From: Mobula hypostoma | Lineage: Eukaryota | Direction: 5' to 3' | Length of the DNA stretch: 64,000 nt | Assembly: GCF_963921235.1 (NCBI RefSeq) | Contig: NC_086108.1 | Location: 49,850,001 to 49,914,000, forward strand | Shown here: positions 26,406 to 39,599 of the stretch, one piece after another | How the letters are laid out: every line of letters starts with the position of its first letter | How positions within the stretch are numbered: the stretch's first letter is position 1 | Position numbers and translations under genes: made by a program | Notes under the pieces: generated by a model | Told to the model about the DNA's origin: nothing | Seen by the model: only the letters and a program-made list of their open reading frames with translations | Databases searched by the model: none

Positions 26406-27054
26406 AATGGTAATGCATCGGGGAGGACAAGCAAGGCAAAGGATTCATAAGATACAAAGGAAAATAAAGGAATGGAGGTGTCCACAGATCCCTGAAGATA
26501 TCAGGTTAAGTTATTCATGGGACAAAATAAATTTGCTTGGCTGGGGTTAATTTCTTTCAGGGAAAATTTAATTGCAATGTTTAAAATTAAGGAAAGCCAA
26601 GTCAACGTACACTGGAAGGATCTGTTCCCACTAGCGAAGAAACTAATAATGTGGAATTAGATTTAAATTAATTGGCTTGGAGGAGGTAGGTACCCAGAGA
26701 ATCATAACCCATAAGACAAGAAATTAGTATCTTAAAAATGAGATTAACATAAATATTTCCATTTTAGCCAGAATGATTATGATGTGCTGATTAGCCTCCT
26801 TTCTGTGATTAAAATCTTAAATATACATAACAATTTAACTTGAATCAAACAGGTTTCACCAAATAAAAGTCAATTAAGAGTATGTTAAGACAAACACCAT
26901 ATAACATGTGCTGATCCTTATGAAAAGTAACAATGGATATATAATTAACTCCCAGATATTCATCTCTGCATGCCCCACTACATGTTATTCAGGTCTGTGT
27001 GGGCACTGCTGAACTGCTTGGAAATGATGGTTGATTTGTGTGTATCTACTTACA

Positions 27055-29410
27055 CCCTAAGATACAGGAGCAGAATTAGGCCATTCAGCCCATTGTGTCT
27101 GCACCACCATTTGATCATTTCTGATTTATTTTCCCTCTCAAACCCACTCTCCTGCTTTTCCCATTAACCTTTAATGCCCTTACTAATCAAGAACCTATCA
27201 ACCTTGGCATTAAATAGACCTAATGACAGCATCCACGGCAGCCTGTGGCAATGAATTCCACAGATTCACCATCCTCTGGCTTAAGATACTCCCCTTGACT
27301 TCTGTTCTAAAGAGATATCCCTCTATTCTGAGGCTTTGCCCTCTGGTCCTAGACTCTCCCACTATTGGAAACATCTTCTCCATTTCCATTCTATTTAGGC
27401 CTTTCAATATTTGGAGCTTTTAAAGAGATTCCCACTCATTCTTCTAAACCATGCTGACTTTGGCCTATTTTATCATATGCTCCACGTACCCCAAAATCTC
27501 ATCCTTAATAATGGACTCTAACATCTTGCCAACAATTGAAGACAGGCTGTCTGGCCTATAATTATCTTTCTTCTGCCTCCCTCACTTCTTGAAGAATGGA
27601 GAGACATTTGCAATTTTCCAGTCCTCTAGAATCATGCCAGCCACTAGTGATTCATGAAAGATCATTACTAATGGCTCTGCAATCACTTCAGCTATCTCTT
27701 GCACAGCCAGGGCGTATAGTCCATCTGGTCCAGGTGACTAATCTACATTCAGACATTTCAGATTCACAAGCACCTTCAGTTTCTGCTCCTGACTCTCTCG
27801 AATTTCTGGCATGTTGCTGTTGCCTTCCACAGTGAAGACTGACACAAAATATTTATTCAGTTCAACCGCCATTTCTTTGTTCCCCATTTCTACCTCTCCA
27901 GCATCATTTTCCAGTTGTCCAATGTACACTCTTGCCTTTCTTTTACTATATATATATATATATATACACACACACATACATTTAGCATCCTATTTTATAT
28001 TAATTTATGAATATTAATATTTTTCTCTCCTTGTTGCTTTTTTAATTGCCTTCTGCTGGATTTTAAAAGCTTCCCATTCCTCTAGCTTTCCACTTATTTT
28101 TGCTATATTGTATGCCCTTTCTTTTTGCTTTCATGCTGTCCTGGACTTCCCCTGACAGCCACAGTTGCCTCATACTCCCTGTAGAATGCTGCTCCTTATT
28201 TGGGGTGAACCAATCCTGCTTCTTATGAATTACTCCCAGATATTCCAGTCAGACCCATGTTTCTGCAAGATTAAGTACGCTCAGTGTCTCAACTCACACT
28301 GGATCAGCGCCAGATGAATACAAATCAGCTTGTCTCATGCTGGGTCATCCACAGACGATGCCAGTCCAGGGAGAGAACAATGGAGAGCAGGCCCCGACGG
28401 GAGAGCTGGCCTAGGGGAGCCAGCCACCAAACCAGTATGGATTCCAGCGGACACATCGCTTCTCTATTCTTTCCAACAGTGTTTCCAGCGCTGTAACAGG
28501 CAATTCTGTGGCATGAGGGCCTGGTCCACACAACATCCTAGCCAATGCAGCACCCCCCACCCCCTGCCAGCAGATTCACCAACGAACCAGTGAACTGGAC
28601 TTACACTGCTTTATATTACCAATGTCCAACAGGGTCTTGTAATCACAAGAAAAACATTTAAGAGACACATTTCATCATGTGTTGGACCTAGAGAGGTGGC
28701 AGCACTGCACGTAAATGTACTCAGTGGTGGGGAACGCGTTGCCTGTGATGGACCAGGCTGTGTCCACCACTTTCTGTAGCCTTGTCCATTCCTAGGCATT
28801 GCTGTTTCCATATCATGCCTTGTACTCTTGCAGTTTCTTAACTCTACCCACGAGGACTCTACATCTACTGATCCTATGTCAGTTTTTTCTAAGGATTTCA
28901 TTTCACTTTTTACCATCAGAACCACCCCACCTTATCTGCTGTCCTTTCATAGGATGTATATCTTTGGATGTTATACTCCCAGATGTGACCATCTTTCAAC
29001 CTTAACTCTGATGCCCACAACGTCATACCTGCCAATTTCTAATTGCATTACAAGATCATCTGCATTATTTCATATATTACTGCATTCAAATATAGCAACT
29101 TCACCACTCTTCTTTTCAATTTTATCTGTTTCCTGAAGTTAAATTCTTATCCTTTTCTAAACTTCCTTATTCTTTATTCTGTTAGACTTCAATAACCTCT
29201 CTTGCATTATCCTTCCCTTTTACTGTATCCATTCTTCTCCATGCTACTGAACCCATCCCCTTACTACTTAGTGCCTTATGCATAGCCTGAATTATGGAAT
29301 TACTCAGGAGCTGGTCTTAGCATGGTTTAAATGGAACCTGCCCGATCAGAATAGATCCCTCCTCTCCAAATACTGGTCCCAGTTTCCCATGAATACAAAT
29401 CCATTCAAAA
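27055..29410 (-). mobile_element. CR1 LINE with RT deletion (~27448) and a foreign segment at ~28250-28815
   Basis: MFPIVGESRTRGQSL, MAVELNKYFVSVFTVE, DVESSWVELRNCK. Confidence 0.85.
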
Positions 29411-29484
29411 GCAAATTCAATCAATTTCAAAAAATTAGTTGACACTTGTCAAATAGGTGTAATATGTGATGTTGCAGTCGCTGA

Positions 29485-30990
29485 GAGATAGACCTCTGGC
29501 ATTCTAGATCGATGATCCAGAACTCCGGGTACAACCTACAGAAGGCTATCTTACGAGTGAAAGATAGAGTGAAGTCAGAGACAGAATTAGATGCTTGTCA
29601 GCTCTGGCAGGGTTTGCAGTATATTAACTGCTGCAAGACAAAAATTAAAATCATAAATGGCTATGATGCTTCACTCCCATACGAGCTCAACACCTTTTAC
29701 AGTATGCACGCTTTGAAAGGGAGAATAAAACTACACTTGTGCGAATCCCTGCAGCATCTGGTGAACCTGTGATCTCTGTCTCAGAGGCCGATATGGAACA
29801 CCTTTCAAGAAGGTGAACCCTTGTAAAGCATTAGGCCCTGATGGTGTACCTTGTAGGGCACTGAAAACCTGTGCAACCAATTGGCTGGAATGTTAAAGGA
29901 CTTCTTCAGTCTCTCATGACTGCAGTCGGAGGTTCCCACCTGCTTCAAAGGTGCACCAGTCATACTGGTACCCAAGACCAGCAGGGTGGGGCAGCTGCCT
30001 CAAAGACTATTGTCAAGTTGAACTCATATCTGTGATGAAGAAACTTTGGGAGATTGATTGTGGCTATAATTTATCCTGTGTAAGAACATGGATGCAATGC
30101 AATTTGCCTACTGCTGCAATAGGTTTGTAGCAGATGCAACCTCACAGGCTCTTCATTCAGCCTTGGACTGCCTGACCAGCAGCAATAACTACATCAGGCT
30201 GCTCTTTATTGATTACAGCTCAGCATTCAACACCATCATCCACTCAGTACTAACCAACAAGCTTCAAAACCTCCCTCAGCTACTGGATCCTTAACTTTCT
30301 CACTGGGAAGCCACCATTAGTGTGGATCAGAAATAACATTTTCCCCTCGCTGACAACCACACCGCACCTCAAGGAGGCATACAAGAGTGAGACAGATTGG
30401 CTGGCTGAGAGGTGTTGCAACAACAATTTTGTACTCAGCTTCAGTAAGATCAAGGAACTGATCGTGGACTTTCAAAGGGAACACACACCAGTTCTCATTG
30501 AAGGATCAGCAGTAGAAAGGTTGAGCAGATACAAGTTCCTGGGCATCAACATCTCTGAAGATCTATACTGGCCCCAACATATTGATGCAATCACAAAGAA
30601 GGCATGCCAGCGACTATATTTCATTAGGATCACAGGAAGATTGGGTATGTCACCACAGACTCAAGCGAATTTCTGCAGATGTACTGTGGAGAGTATTCAA
30701 ACAGGTTGCATCACTGTCTGGTATGGAGTGGTCACTGCACAGGATCGGAAAACCTGCAGAGGGCTGTAAACTCAGCCAGCTCCATCATGGGCACCAGCCT
30801 CCACACCATCGTGGACTTATCTTCAAAAGGCAATGCCTCAATAATGCAGCAGCCATCATTAAGGACCCCACCAACCAAGACATGCCCTCTTCTTATTACT
30901 ACCTCCAGAGGGAAGGCAGAGGAGCCCGAGGACACACACTCAACAGATTAGGAATAGCTTTTTCCCCTCCACCATCAGATTTCTGAACAG
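29485..30990 (+). mobile_element. Rex1/Babar-type LINE, decayed RT with the FADD region deleted
   Basis: QLWQGLQ, ALGPDGVP.RALKTCA, MQFAY..NR, YIRLLFIDYSSAFNTII, KELIVDF, YKFLGINISEDL. Confidence 0.88.
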
Positions 30991-31969
30991 AAATAGTTTC
31001 AAAACCTTAACATTTCAGTCCATGAATCAAAACATGTAGATGCCAAACAAATGCACAGACTTCAGTGGCACAGATATTTCAAATGTATGATCCTCGATTT
31101 AAAGAAAAAACAATCTGTAACATCATTTCAATGTGCTCTACTTTTTCCCCACACCATTGCAAAGAATTTAGCTCAAATTGTAAGAAAATCCTTCACTCTG
31201 GAATTGCATTTCATAAAGTGTCTGCAAAGCAAGTAAAATAATATGTATAAGATTAATATTTCCAATTGTACATATTTAATGTGGAAGGTTGAGGCACTAA
31301 ATATTTGGGTTCTCAAAATGCAATTGACCCACTTCAGTGTCATTGCAACACTTCGCTTTATCACACCTTTGTGAATCAATAACACTGCCAAACTCTGCAT
31401 CACAGGAAGCAACAAATTAGTGAAAAGCATAATTAAGGGAGAGAGTAAACCTTCCAAATGTATTCTCCAGCATTACAACATACATCAAATAAGTTCTGGC
31501 AGAAAAAAATGCAGCCTCTATTATTGCTGTCTAGTTTACACGTAGGAGAAACTACACTGGACATGAAAACCAAGATTCTGTCTGATCTCACGCAACAAAA
31601 CTCTCAAGTTACACATTCTACAGCCACACTGCACAATGCCTTATTCTAGAGCCTCATTAACTGGAAAACAGTTATGAATGCTCGTCTCATAATGACCTGA
31701 AAGGATATCCTTCCAGACAATAAGCTGCCTAACTCAGTTAGATCACTTTCAGATAAAGCAAAGCAGCAGTGACAGATAGACCCTATGACATTAAGGGAAA
31801 TAAAATAACCTTCTGAAAGTTAAAATTCAGTGTTTTTGAATGACCATAACAATTTGTAGCTGCAAACACACATACCCATGGCATTGCAGCCAGCATTTGG
31901 GATGCCCAGACATCTCACTTGGGCAACGAAAGTGGTCGTTGTAGCACGGGTACCTGCTGCAAAGCCCGA

Positions 31970-32140
31970 GGCAAGGAGAAAGGGAGGAGGGGGTGGGAGG
32001 AGTGGGGGAAGGAGTGAGAGTGAAGAAAAGAAATGGGAGAATGAGAGAAAGAAAGAGAGATAGAGAGATGGGAAAGGGAAAACAGAGAGAAAACAAAAAG
32101 GTAGAAGCTGGTAGGTGGGAAGGAAAGCAAATAAGGAATT
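31970..32140. repeat. Purine-rich (GA) low-complexity tract
   Basis: Almost exclusively G/A on the + strand. Confidence 0.8.
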
Positions 32141-34448
32141 GATATGTACTTGATTGGATCAACATTACAAAAGTACTTCAGCTGAATGTTTTCAAGGATA
32201 AGTTACTGCTCCAGAGTGACGAGAAGAGTTAATTGCTCCAGAAAAACGAGTACAAGAAACAAAGATTATTTTTGTGGCATTTTTGACAGTGAAATGATTA
32301 TCATTAATGCACTTGCTTAACAAAAGAGAAATCTGGCCTGATTAGGAGGTAAATACATTCAGGCAGCTGGACCTCCTCTTGCTCTATTTGCAGCACTTGC
32401 ATCACGTTCACAGGGTGAAGATGCAGTGGGAACAGCACGATGGTAGTATAGGGAAAAGTGAAGACTAATCTGTAGCACGAGTCAGGCTTTAAGCAATTGG
32501 ATCATTGCTATTTTTCTTTTGTTCATAACCAGGATAAAAGTTAAAGTATCTCATTTCTGTCAGCCTTTCTAATTAAATGGATGAGAAACAGAATCATTCT
32601 TAGATTGAGTTCTGCTTTCATCCTGACATTTTCAGAACAGACGACAGAGTCCTTGGTTTCATTATCAAAACAAACAAGTTACACACCAGATCTCTGTTTA
32701 GATATTTATTATAGCAAACAGGAAGACATTTATGTTGTAGCAAGGTGATGTGACGCAGGTAGCGGGAAAATTAAACAAGCTATAGTCCAATTGTCTCAGA
32801 GCTACAATTTGTAATGTGATTTCCACTAATAGAAACATAGAAAACTACAGCCCACAATGTTGTGCCGACCATGTAACCTACTCTAGAAACTGCCTAGAAT
32901 TTCCCTGCCACATAGCCTCTATTTTTCTAAGCTCCATGTACCTATCTGAGCCTATTATATCTGCCTCAACCACCTTCACAACGCACCCACTACTCTCTGT
33001 GTGAAAAACTTACTCTGACATCCTCCTTGGACCTGCTTCCGAGCACCTTAAAACTATGCCCCCTTATGATATGGTTATTATTCTATAGATTCATTGAGTA
33101 TGTCCACAAGAAAATGAATCTCAGGGTTATATATCATGACATCTAGGTACCTTGATAATAAATTAACTTCGAACTTGAACTTTTACTGTTTTTATGCTGG
33201 GCTAGATTATTCAAAGGATGGCCTAATGTCTTTGTTGGCTGTCTACCCAACTGCAACAGGTGCTTCTGAATGTAACTGGCTGCATGAAGTTATCTCTTAA
33301 TCAGAGGCATCTGGTTGGATGGGACATTACATTATTACATCATTATTGGCTCTCAAAGACTGATAACCAGTTTTTAAATATCTTTGACTTAGTCACTGTT
33401 ATTTGGATCTCCTTTCAAAACTATAAGATTAGATCCAAATAACTCTACAATTAAGAAACTAAAATATTATGTTAATTTTTTTCCTAATTGAATTAATGCA
33501 GAGTCTTACAGCCTGGAAATAGGTCCTTTGGTCCAATTGGTTCATGTCAAACAAGATTCCCATCTAAGCAAGACCTTATTCATTGAACACTTAAGATGTG
33601 GGTGTCACAAAGGTAATCTCTGGGGTAATGGTGTTCACTGGAGGTGAAGTGTTTCCAGCTCCTCACCTCAACAAATCCCTGCTCCATTATCATGGCCAAC
33701 GGTGAATGCAACAATGGAGCAGATAGGCAGATATACTGGTGACTGTCATCTGCCCTCTAGTGTATTGTCAGACAGCAGAAGTGCAGACACCAGGGGCATG
33801 AGTGGCTCATAGCAGATGCTTCCTTGTGGAACTGTTCAGTCCACTCCAGTTTTGTTCTTCCATTCCATGTCACCTCTGATCTAAGTCTGAATGTGGAGAA
33901 GATGAAGAAAATGATTGTGAACTCTCCTCCATAGAGAAAGTTAAGGGTGCCAAGTACCTGGGAGTTCACATCTTCTCCTGTTCCCTCAATATCACTTCCC
34001 TGAATAAGAAGGCACAACAATACCTCCACTTCCTAAGGAGATTGCAGCAAGCAATGATCCCCTAACCATCTTAACTGAATTTTCCCTTCTGGTATGGGAG
34101 CAGCAGAGTATCTGACCGGGAGTCTCTACAAAGGGCTGTGAGAACGGCTGAGATGATCAAAGGGGTGTCCCTACTATCCATCGGGGACATTTAACAGGAG
34201 CGCTGCATACACAGGATGCACTCTTCTTCAACTGTATGCATTAGAGTCCAGGACGGTTTATTCATCACTAAGTATAAAGGACAGGCTCATCCATCCATCC
34301 AAATCTCCGATTCCTCATTGCACACAAAAGTAAACTATTGTAATTGAAAGCCATTATTTTGATTAAATGACCATAAAGATTAGCAATAATTTCCACCCAC
34401 TATCCAGTGCAGTAGAACACTAAAGTCCACTGTCTGACTGCCAATGTT

Positions 34449-35640
34449 CAAAGTTCAAAGTAAATTCATTATCAAAATGCATATATGTCACCATATACAA
34501 CCCTGAGATTAATTTTCTTGCAGGCATACTCAATAAATCCATAAAAGAACAATAATCATAATAAAATCAATGAAAGATTGCACCAACTGGGCATTCAAAC
34601 AGTGTGCAAAAAACAAAAAAAACTGTGCAAATGCAAAAAGAAAGAAATAATAATTATCAATAAATAACAATAAATATCGACAACATGAGATGAAGAGTCA
34701 TTGAAAGTGAGTCCTTAAGTTGTGGAAACATTTCATTGATGGGACAAAGGAAGTTGCATGAAATTATCCCCTTTGGTTCAAGAGCCTGATGGGTAGTAAC
34801 TGTTCTTGAACTTGGTGGTGAAAGTCCTGAGGCTCCTGTACCTACTTCCTGATGGCAACAGCAAGAAGAGAGCATGACCTGGGTGGTGGGGGTCCCTGAT
34901 GATGGATGCTTCTTTCCTGTGACAGCACTCCATATGTGCTCCATGGCAGGGAGTGCTTTAGTGTGATTGACTGAGCTGTATCCACTATATTTTGTAGGAT
35001 TTTTCATTCAAGGGCATTAGTATTTCCAAACCTGTCTGTGATGCAGCCAGTTAATATACTCTCCACTACACTTCTTGTCAAAGTTCTAGATGTCATGCTG
35101 AATCTTCACAAACTCCTAAGGAAGTGTTGATGCTGCCGTGCTTTCTCGTAATTGCTGGGTCCAGGAAGAGGTCCTCTGAAATGACAACACCAAGGAATTT
35201 CAAGTTGATGACCTTCTCCACCTCTAATGCTCTGAAGAGGACTGGCTCAGGGACCTCTGGTTTCCTCCTCCTGAAGCTAATATTCAGCTCCTTTGTCTTG
35301 CTGACGTTGAGTAAAACATTTTTGTTGTAGCACCGCTCAGCCAGATTTCAATCTCCCTCCTATATGCTGATTCATCACCACCTTTGGTTCGGTCTATGAC
35401 AGTAGTGTTGTCAGCAAACCTGAATATGGCATTGAAGCAGTGTTTAACCTCACAGTCATAATTGTAAAAGTAAGCAGAGCAGGAGGCTAAGCACACAGTC
35501 TCGTGGCGCACCTTTGCTGAAGGAGATTGCGGAGGAGATGCTGCTGCCAATCTGAAATGACTGGTTCTTGAAGTGAGGAAATCAAGGATCCAATTGCACA
35601 AGGAGGTGTTGAGGCCAAATTCTTGAAGCTTATTGATTAG
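34449..35640 (-). mobile_element. Rex1/Babar-type LINE RT to 3' tail
   Basis: CNWILDFLTSR, IFRFADNTTVI..GGDESAYRREIE; caaagtt tail repeats. Confidence 0.85.
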
Positions 35641-36159
35641 CCATCACCCCAGCTGAAATCAGCCACCTCCAGTTCTGAACCAAATTATATCAAACTCTGG
35701 CTAATGCATTTGACAGGTGACTCAGCAGGATATCTATGTGCCTAAGTTTCAGTTAAAACCGATATGTGAGCAACTTGTTGCAAGAGATAATAATCACAAC
35801 CACACATCTTTCCAGCAATACATACAAAAAATGAATAAATATAATCAGAGATGTACTAAATTGATACCCCATGAGAAGCAGAGATAGTTTTGCGTTAGAC
35901 CTCAGCACTAAAATTCTACCGTGCACAAGGCCCAGGGAGCTCTGTACTACAGGGCCACCCTTGCACAGAACACCGTGTACAGAGGACTTTCCTTTGTGAA
36001 CAGTGGAAATCATAGGGGTGGAGATACCAGGATAGTTGAAAGGAAAAAATTTAATGTGCTTCATAAAGGTTTTGTCATTGGCCCCATTAAATCTATGCAG
36101 CTAGTTAAGGAATAACACTTAACTTCAGATCCTCCAGTGCCTAAATAACACCAAATGCT

Positions 36160-36690
36160 GATGGTGTATCTTGCTGTGGTAACTGCTCTGCTTGTGACTG
36201 CAAGCAACTTCAGAAAGTTGTGGACACAGCTCAGCACATCATGAAAAGCTGCCTCCCCTCCATGGACTCTGTCTATACTTCTCACTGCCTTGGTAAAGCA
36301 GCCAGAATAATCAAATACTCCATTCACCCTGGTCATTCTCCTTTCTACACCTTTCCATTGGGAAGAAGGTGCAAAAGCCTGAAAACACATATCACCAAGT
36401 TCAAAAATGGCTTCTTCCCCACTGTCATAAGATTATTGAATTCTTTCCTAGTACGGTACATTGGACTCTTAACTTCACAATCTACCTCATTACGTTCTTG
36501 CACCTTATTGCCCACCTGCACTATACATTCTCTGCAGCAGTCACACTTTATTCTGCACTCTTATTCTTTTACCTTGTACTACGTTGATACATTGCTGTAA
36601 TGATTTCAACTGCACAAACAGCGTGCAAGATAATGTTTTTCATAGTGCCTTGGTACATGTGACAATAATAAGCCAATTCCAGTTCCAATA
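36160..36690 (+). mobile_element. Rex1-type LINE 3' end
   Basis: KAARIIK...HPGHSPFYTFPLGRR..SLKT..TKFKNGFFPTVIRLLN; tail gtgacaataataagccaattccagttcca. Confidence 0.8.
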
Positions 36691-37204
36691 TTCACAATCT
36701 CATCAGTTAAAACGTTGCTAAAGTCAGTATGGAATAGATCTTTAATACACTCTCTTACTACAATGAAGGACCAAAAAGCCAAAGTAGAGCAGCATTAACG
36801 CCTGATCCACTGTCAACAGCTCCATCCATCCCCTCATCCAACATGACAAATGTGAATTAGTGCCAGTTGCCTGAGGGCCTCCTAGTTCCTAGATCCTCAG
36901 AAATGAAGCACAAAGCTTTGGTTGAATGCGCAATTTTAAAAAAGAGCTCAAAGAAATAGCTTGGACAAACAACTGTGAGGCATTGAATGTTGGACTGAGG
37001 AATCTTTCAAAATCTTCACATCTTTAAGTCTTAGGAATTTCACTGCAAGGTAGTACCCAGACAATTTCCTAGGAGCAGGTTCACACAGACTCAAAGTGTG
37101 CTCTAACAGCAGACACCAAGAGAAAGTCGTTTTAGAAAAGAAAAATAGGTTTCAAAACTGCAGTTAATAATTCTCCAACAAACCTTATCCATCCTAGCAG
37201 CTAG

Positions 37205-37535
37205 TTTTTAAAAAAATCATAGAGTTCACTAGGGAAACAAATCTGTGCCTTCTGCTGTTGAAAGGGGCAAGACCATCTGGTACATGGAACACCAGCACCT
37301 GTGGGTTCAGCCCAACTTGAAAATCATCCTGACTTGGGGTAATTTATACTCTTTCATTGTTTCTGGGTCTATCTCCAGGAACTCCCTGTCCACCAGCCCC
37401 GTTGGTGTACTTCCACCAGAAGGAATGCAGCAGTTCAAGGCGCAGCCTCTCCACCACTTTCTCAAAGGCAATTAGAGACGAGCAATAAATATTGGCTCTC
37501 CTGCTGACACCCACATCCTGTTCATAAATAAAACA
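37205..37535 (+). mobile_element. LINE 3' end (CR1/L2-like tail)
   Basis: cagcagttcaaggcgcagcctctccaccactttctcaaaggcaattag..caataaat..cccacatcc..ataaataaaa. Confidence 0.55.
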
Positions 37536-37544
37536 CAAACTCAC

Positions 37545-38600
37545 TGAAAATTTACAACACGGAACAGGCCATTCAGCCCATCATACCTGTATCAATCGTA
37601 AAATAAAACTACCCAGTCTAAACCCATTTCCTGTCAGTTTAGGCTACACATGGCTCTTTAAGTGCACATCAAAAGATTTTTTTAAAAATATGACGAGAGT
37701 ACCTGACCACTATTGCTTTCCTCATTGCCATTCTAATCCTTTAACAATTACCTAAATCTGTTCCCCCCGCCCCCGGGGTCTGTGACCACTCTGCTAAAAA
37801 AAAAAGCAGGTCCTTCCTAATTAGTCTACCTTGACCTTTCATAATGTAATATGCTGCAATTAAGATTTCAGCTTTCACTGTGCCAGAAAAAACAACCACA
37901 GCTTATCCAGTCTGTCCTCATAGCAGCAAATTTCCAGTTTAGGTAACATATTTGCAAATTGCCATTACACCATCTCCGGAACATCACATTTTTATGTAAT
38001 GTGGTGACCAGAGCTGTACACAAAATACAAACTGCGACCTAACTAGTGTTCTACACAGTTCTAGTATAACCTCCCTGTCCTTATCTCCTTTGCCTTAGCT
38101 AATAGCGTTCATATTTAATCATGTTATTGGCTGTTCTGCTCTGGGAGCAGGCATTCTGAAGCCCTCTGTTCCTCCATGCCATTCAATATTCCTCCAGTTA
38201 TTGTTTGTCTAGTCTTTTGCTTTGTTGCATTTTGCCAAATGCATTACCTCACACGGCTCTAGACTGAGTTCAGCTCGTCACTTTTTGTTGATGAGACCAG
38301 CCTCTGTGTCTCTGGTTAATCCATGGGTTTCTAAATGACGCAAATACCATCCCTCAAAAATTGATTCCATTAAGTTTCCCTTTACTGGAGTTCAACTAAC
38401 TGACTTATACTTACCCCTTCTTTTTCTTGCTTCATTCCTTTGCCTCATTTTAAACAATACTAGCAATCCCTCAATCTTCTGGCACAACTCCATTATACAA
38501 GGATGATTAAAAAAAAACACAATCTGAGCCTCTGCAATTTCCTATGGCGCTTTTTGATAGGCATGAGTTATATTTTATCTGGGCCTGCCTGATTATTAAT
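37545..38600 (-). mobile_element. Old CR1 3' region
   Basis: acaacacggaacaggccattcagcccatc 3' end; gtggtgaccagagctgtacaca and ccaaatgcattacctcacac match CR1 RT C-terminal segments. Confidence 0.6.
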
Positions 38601-39599
38601 TTTCAAAGATCCTAACCGAAATAGGGAAGAAGAAATCCTGTCTTGGTAGGACCTTGCAAGGTTACTCACGAAACAGAATTGGCCATCACCACAAGTAAGT
38701 CAGAAAAACCAGTGCCAGGAAAAATTTAACTTGTAAAACAGTAGCAACCATGTGGCCACCAGCCATAAAATATACCCTATCCAAAAGTAAGGTCATCCTA
38801 TTTGACAGGCTAAAGAGGTGATGTATTTCGTGCTGACAGCCAATCAGGAGACCCGCTATACCCCTCCTCCACACCAAATGTGGGAAAATATGCTTTCTTA
38901 AAGAAATGTCAGTGTGCCTTTTGATCTCTATGTTAAAACATGACCTGTATAGTTCCTGACTGCAGCTACCTCTGAATATTTCAGCTGCCATTGTGTTTGT
39001 TGGTGAGTTTTATGGGAAGTGGACTTCAGCTTTAAAGAATGCTCTCTATAGCAGCCACAGGTCAGTAAGATAAAAGTAGGTAAATGTGAGAGAAAACTCA
39101 GTGGGTTTGGAGGGGCGGGGAGAAGCACATTATTCCATATCCAATCCTTGAGATCCCTGGTGTAGATCAAGTCCTACTGTGAAGCACAAGCTCACTGCCC
39201 TGTGCAAACCACAACGAGTATCTGCTATGTCCACCTACAGTGAGTACGGTTAGACTCAGCAATAGTCTGTGAAAAGTGTGCAGCAGAAACGGCTGAGGTG
39301 GCACACTGATACTCAGATCTCCCAGTCAACTTGTTGCAGGGTTTGCTCCTGTTTTTAAAGAGTTCAAAGTGAAGGTTGAAGGTTTTACATTACTTCTCCA
39401 GCATACGTAGGTACACTAGAGATAGCAATGTGTATCATGATCACTTTATTATGTATGAAAAAGCAAATTTTACCTGGAAGTGCACTGTCCAGTTTCATAG
39501 AAGATGGATTTTCAGCAAGAAATCACCACAATTACATTAAAATTGTAGAAAATGGGTTTAATGTGTTCATTGTTCATGAAAGTGGAGCAAGCAAATACA

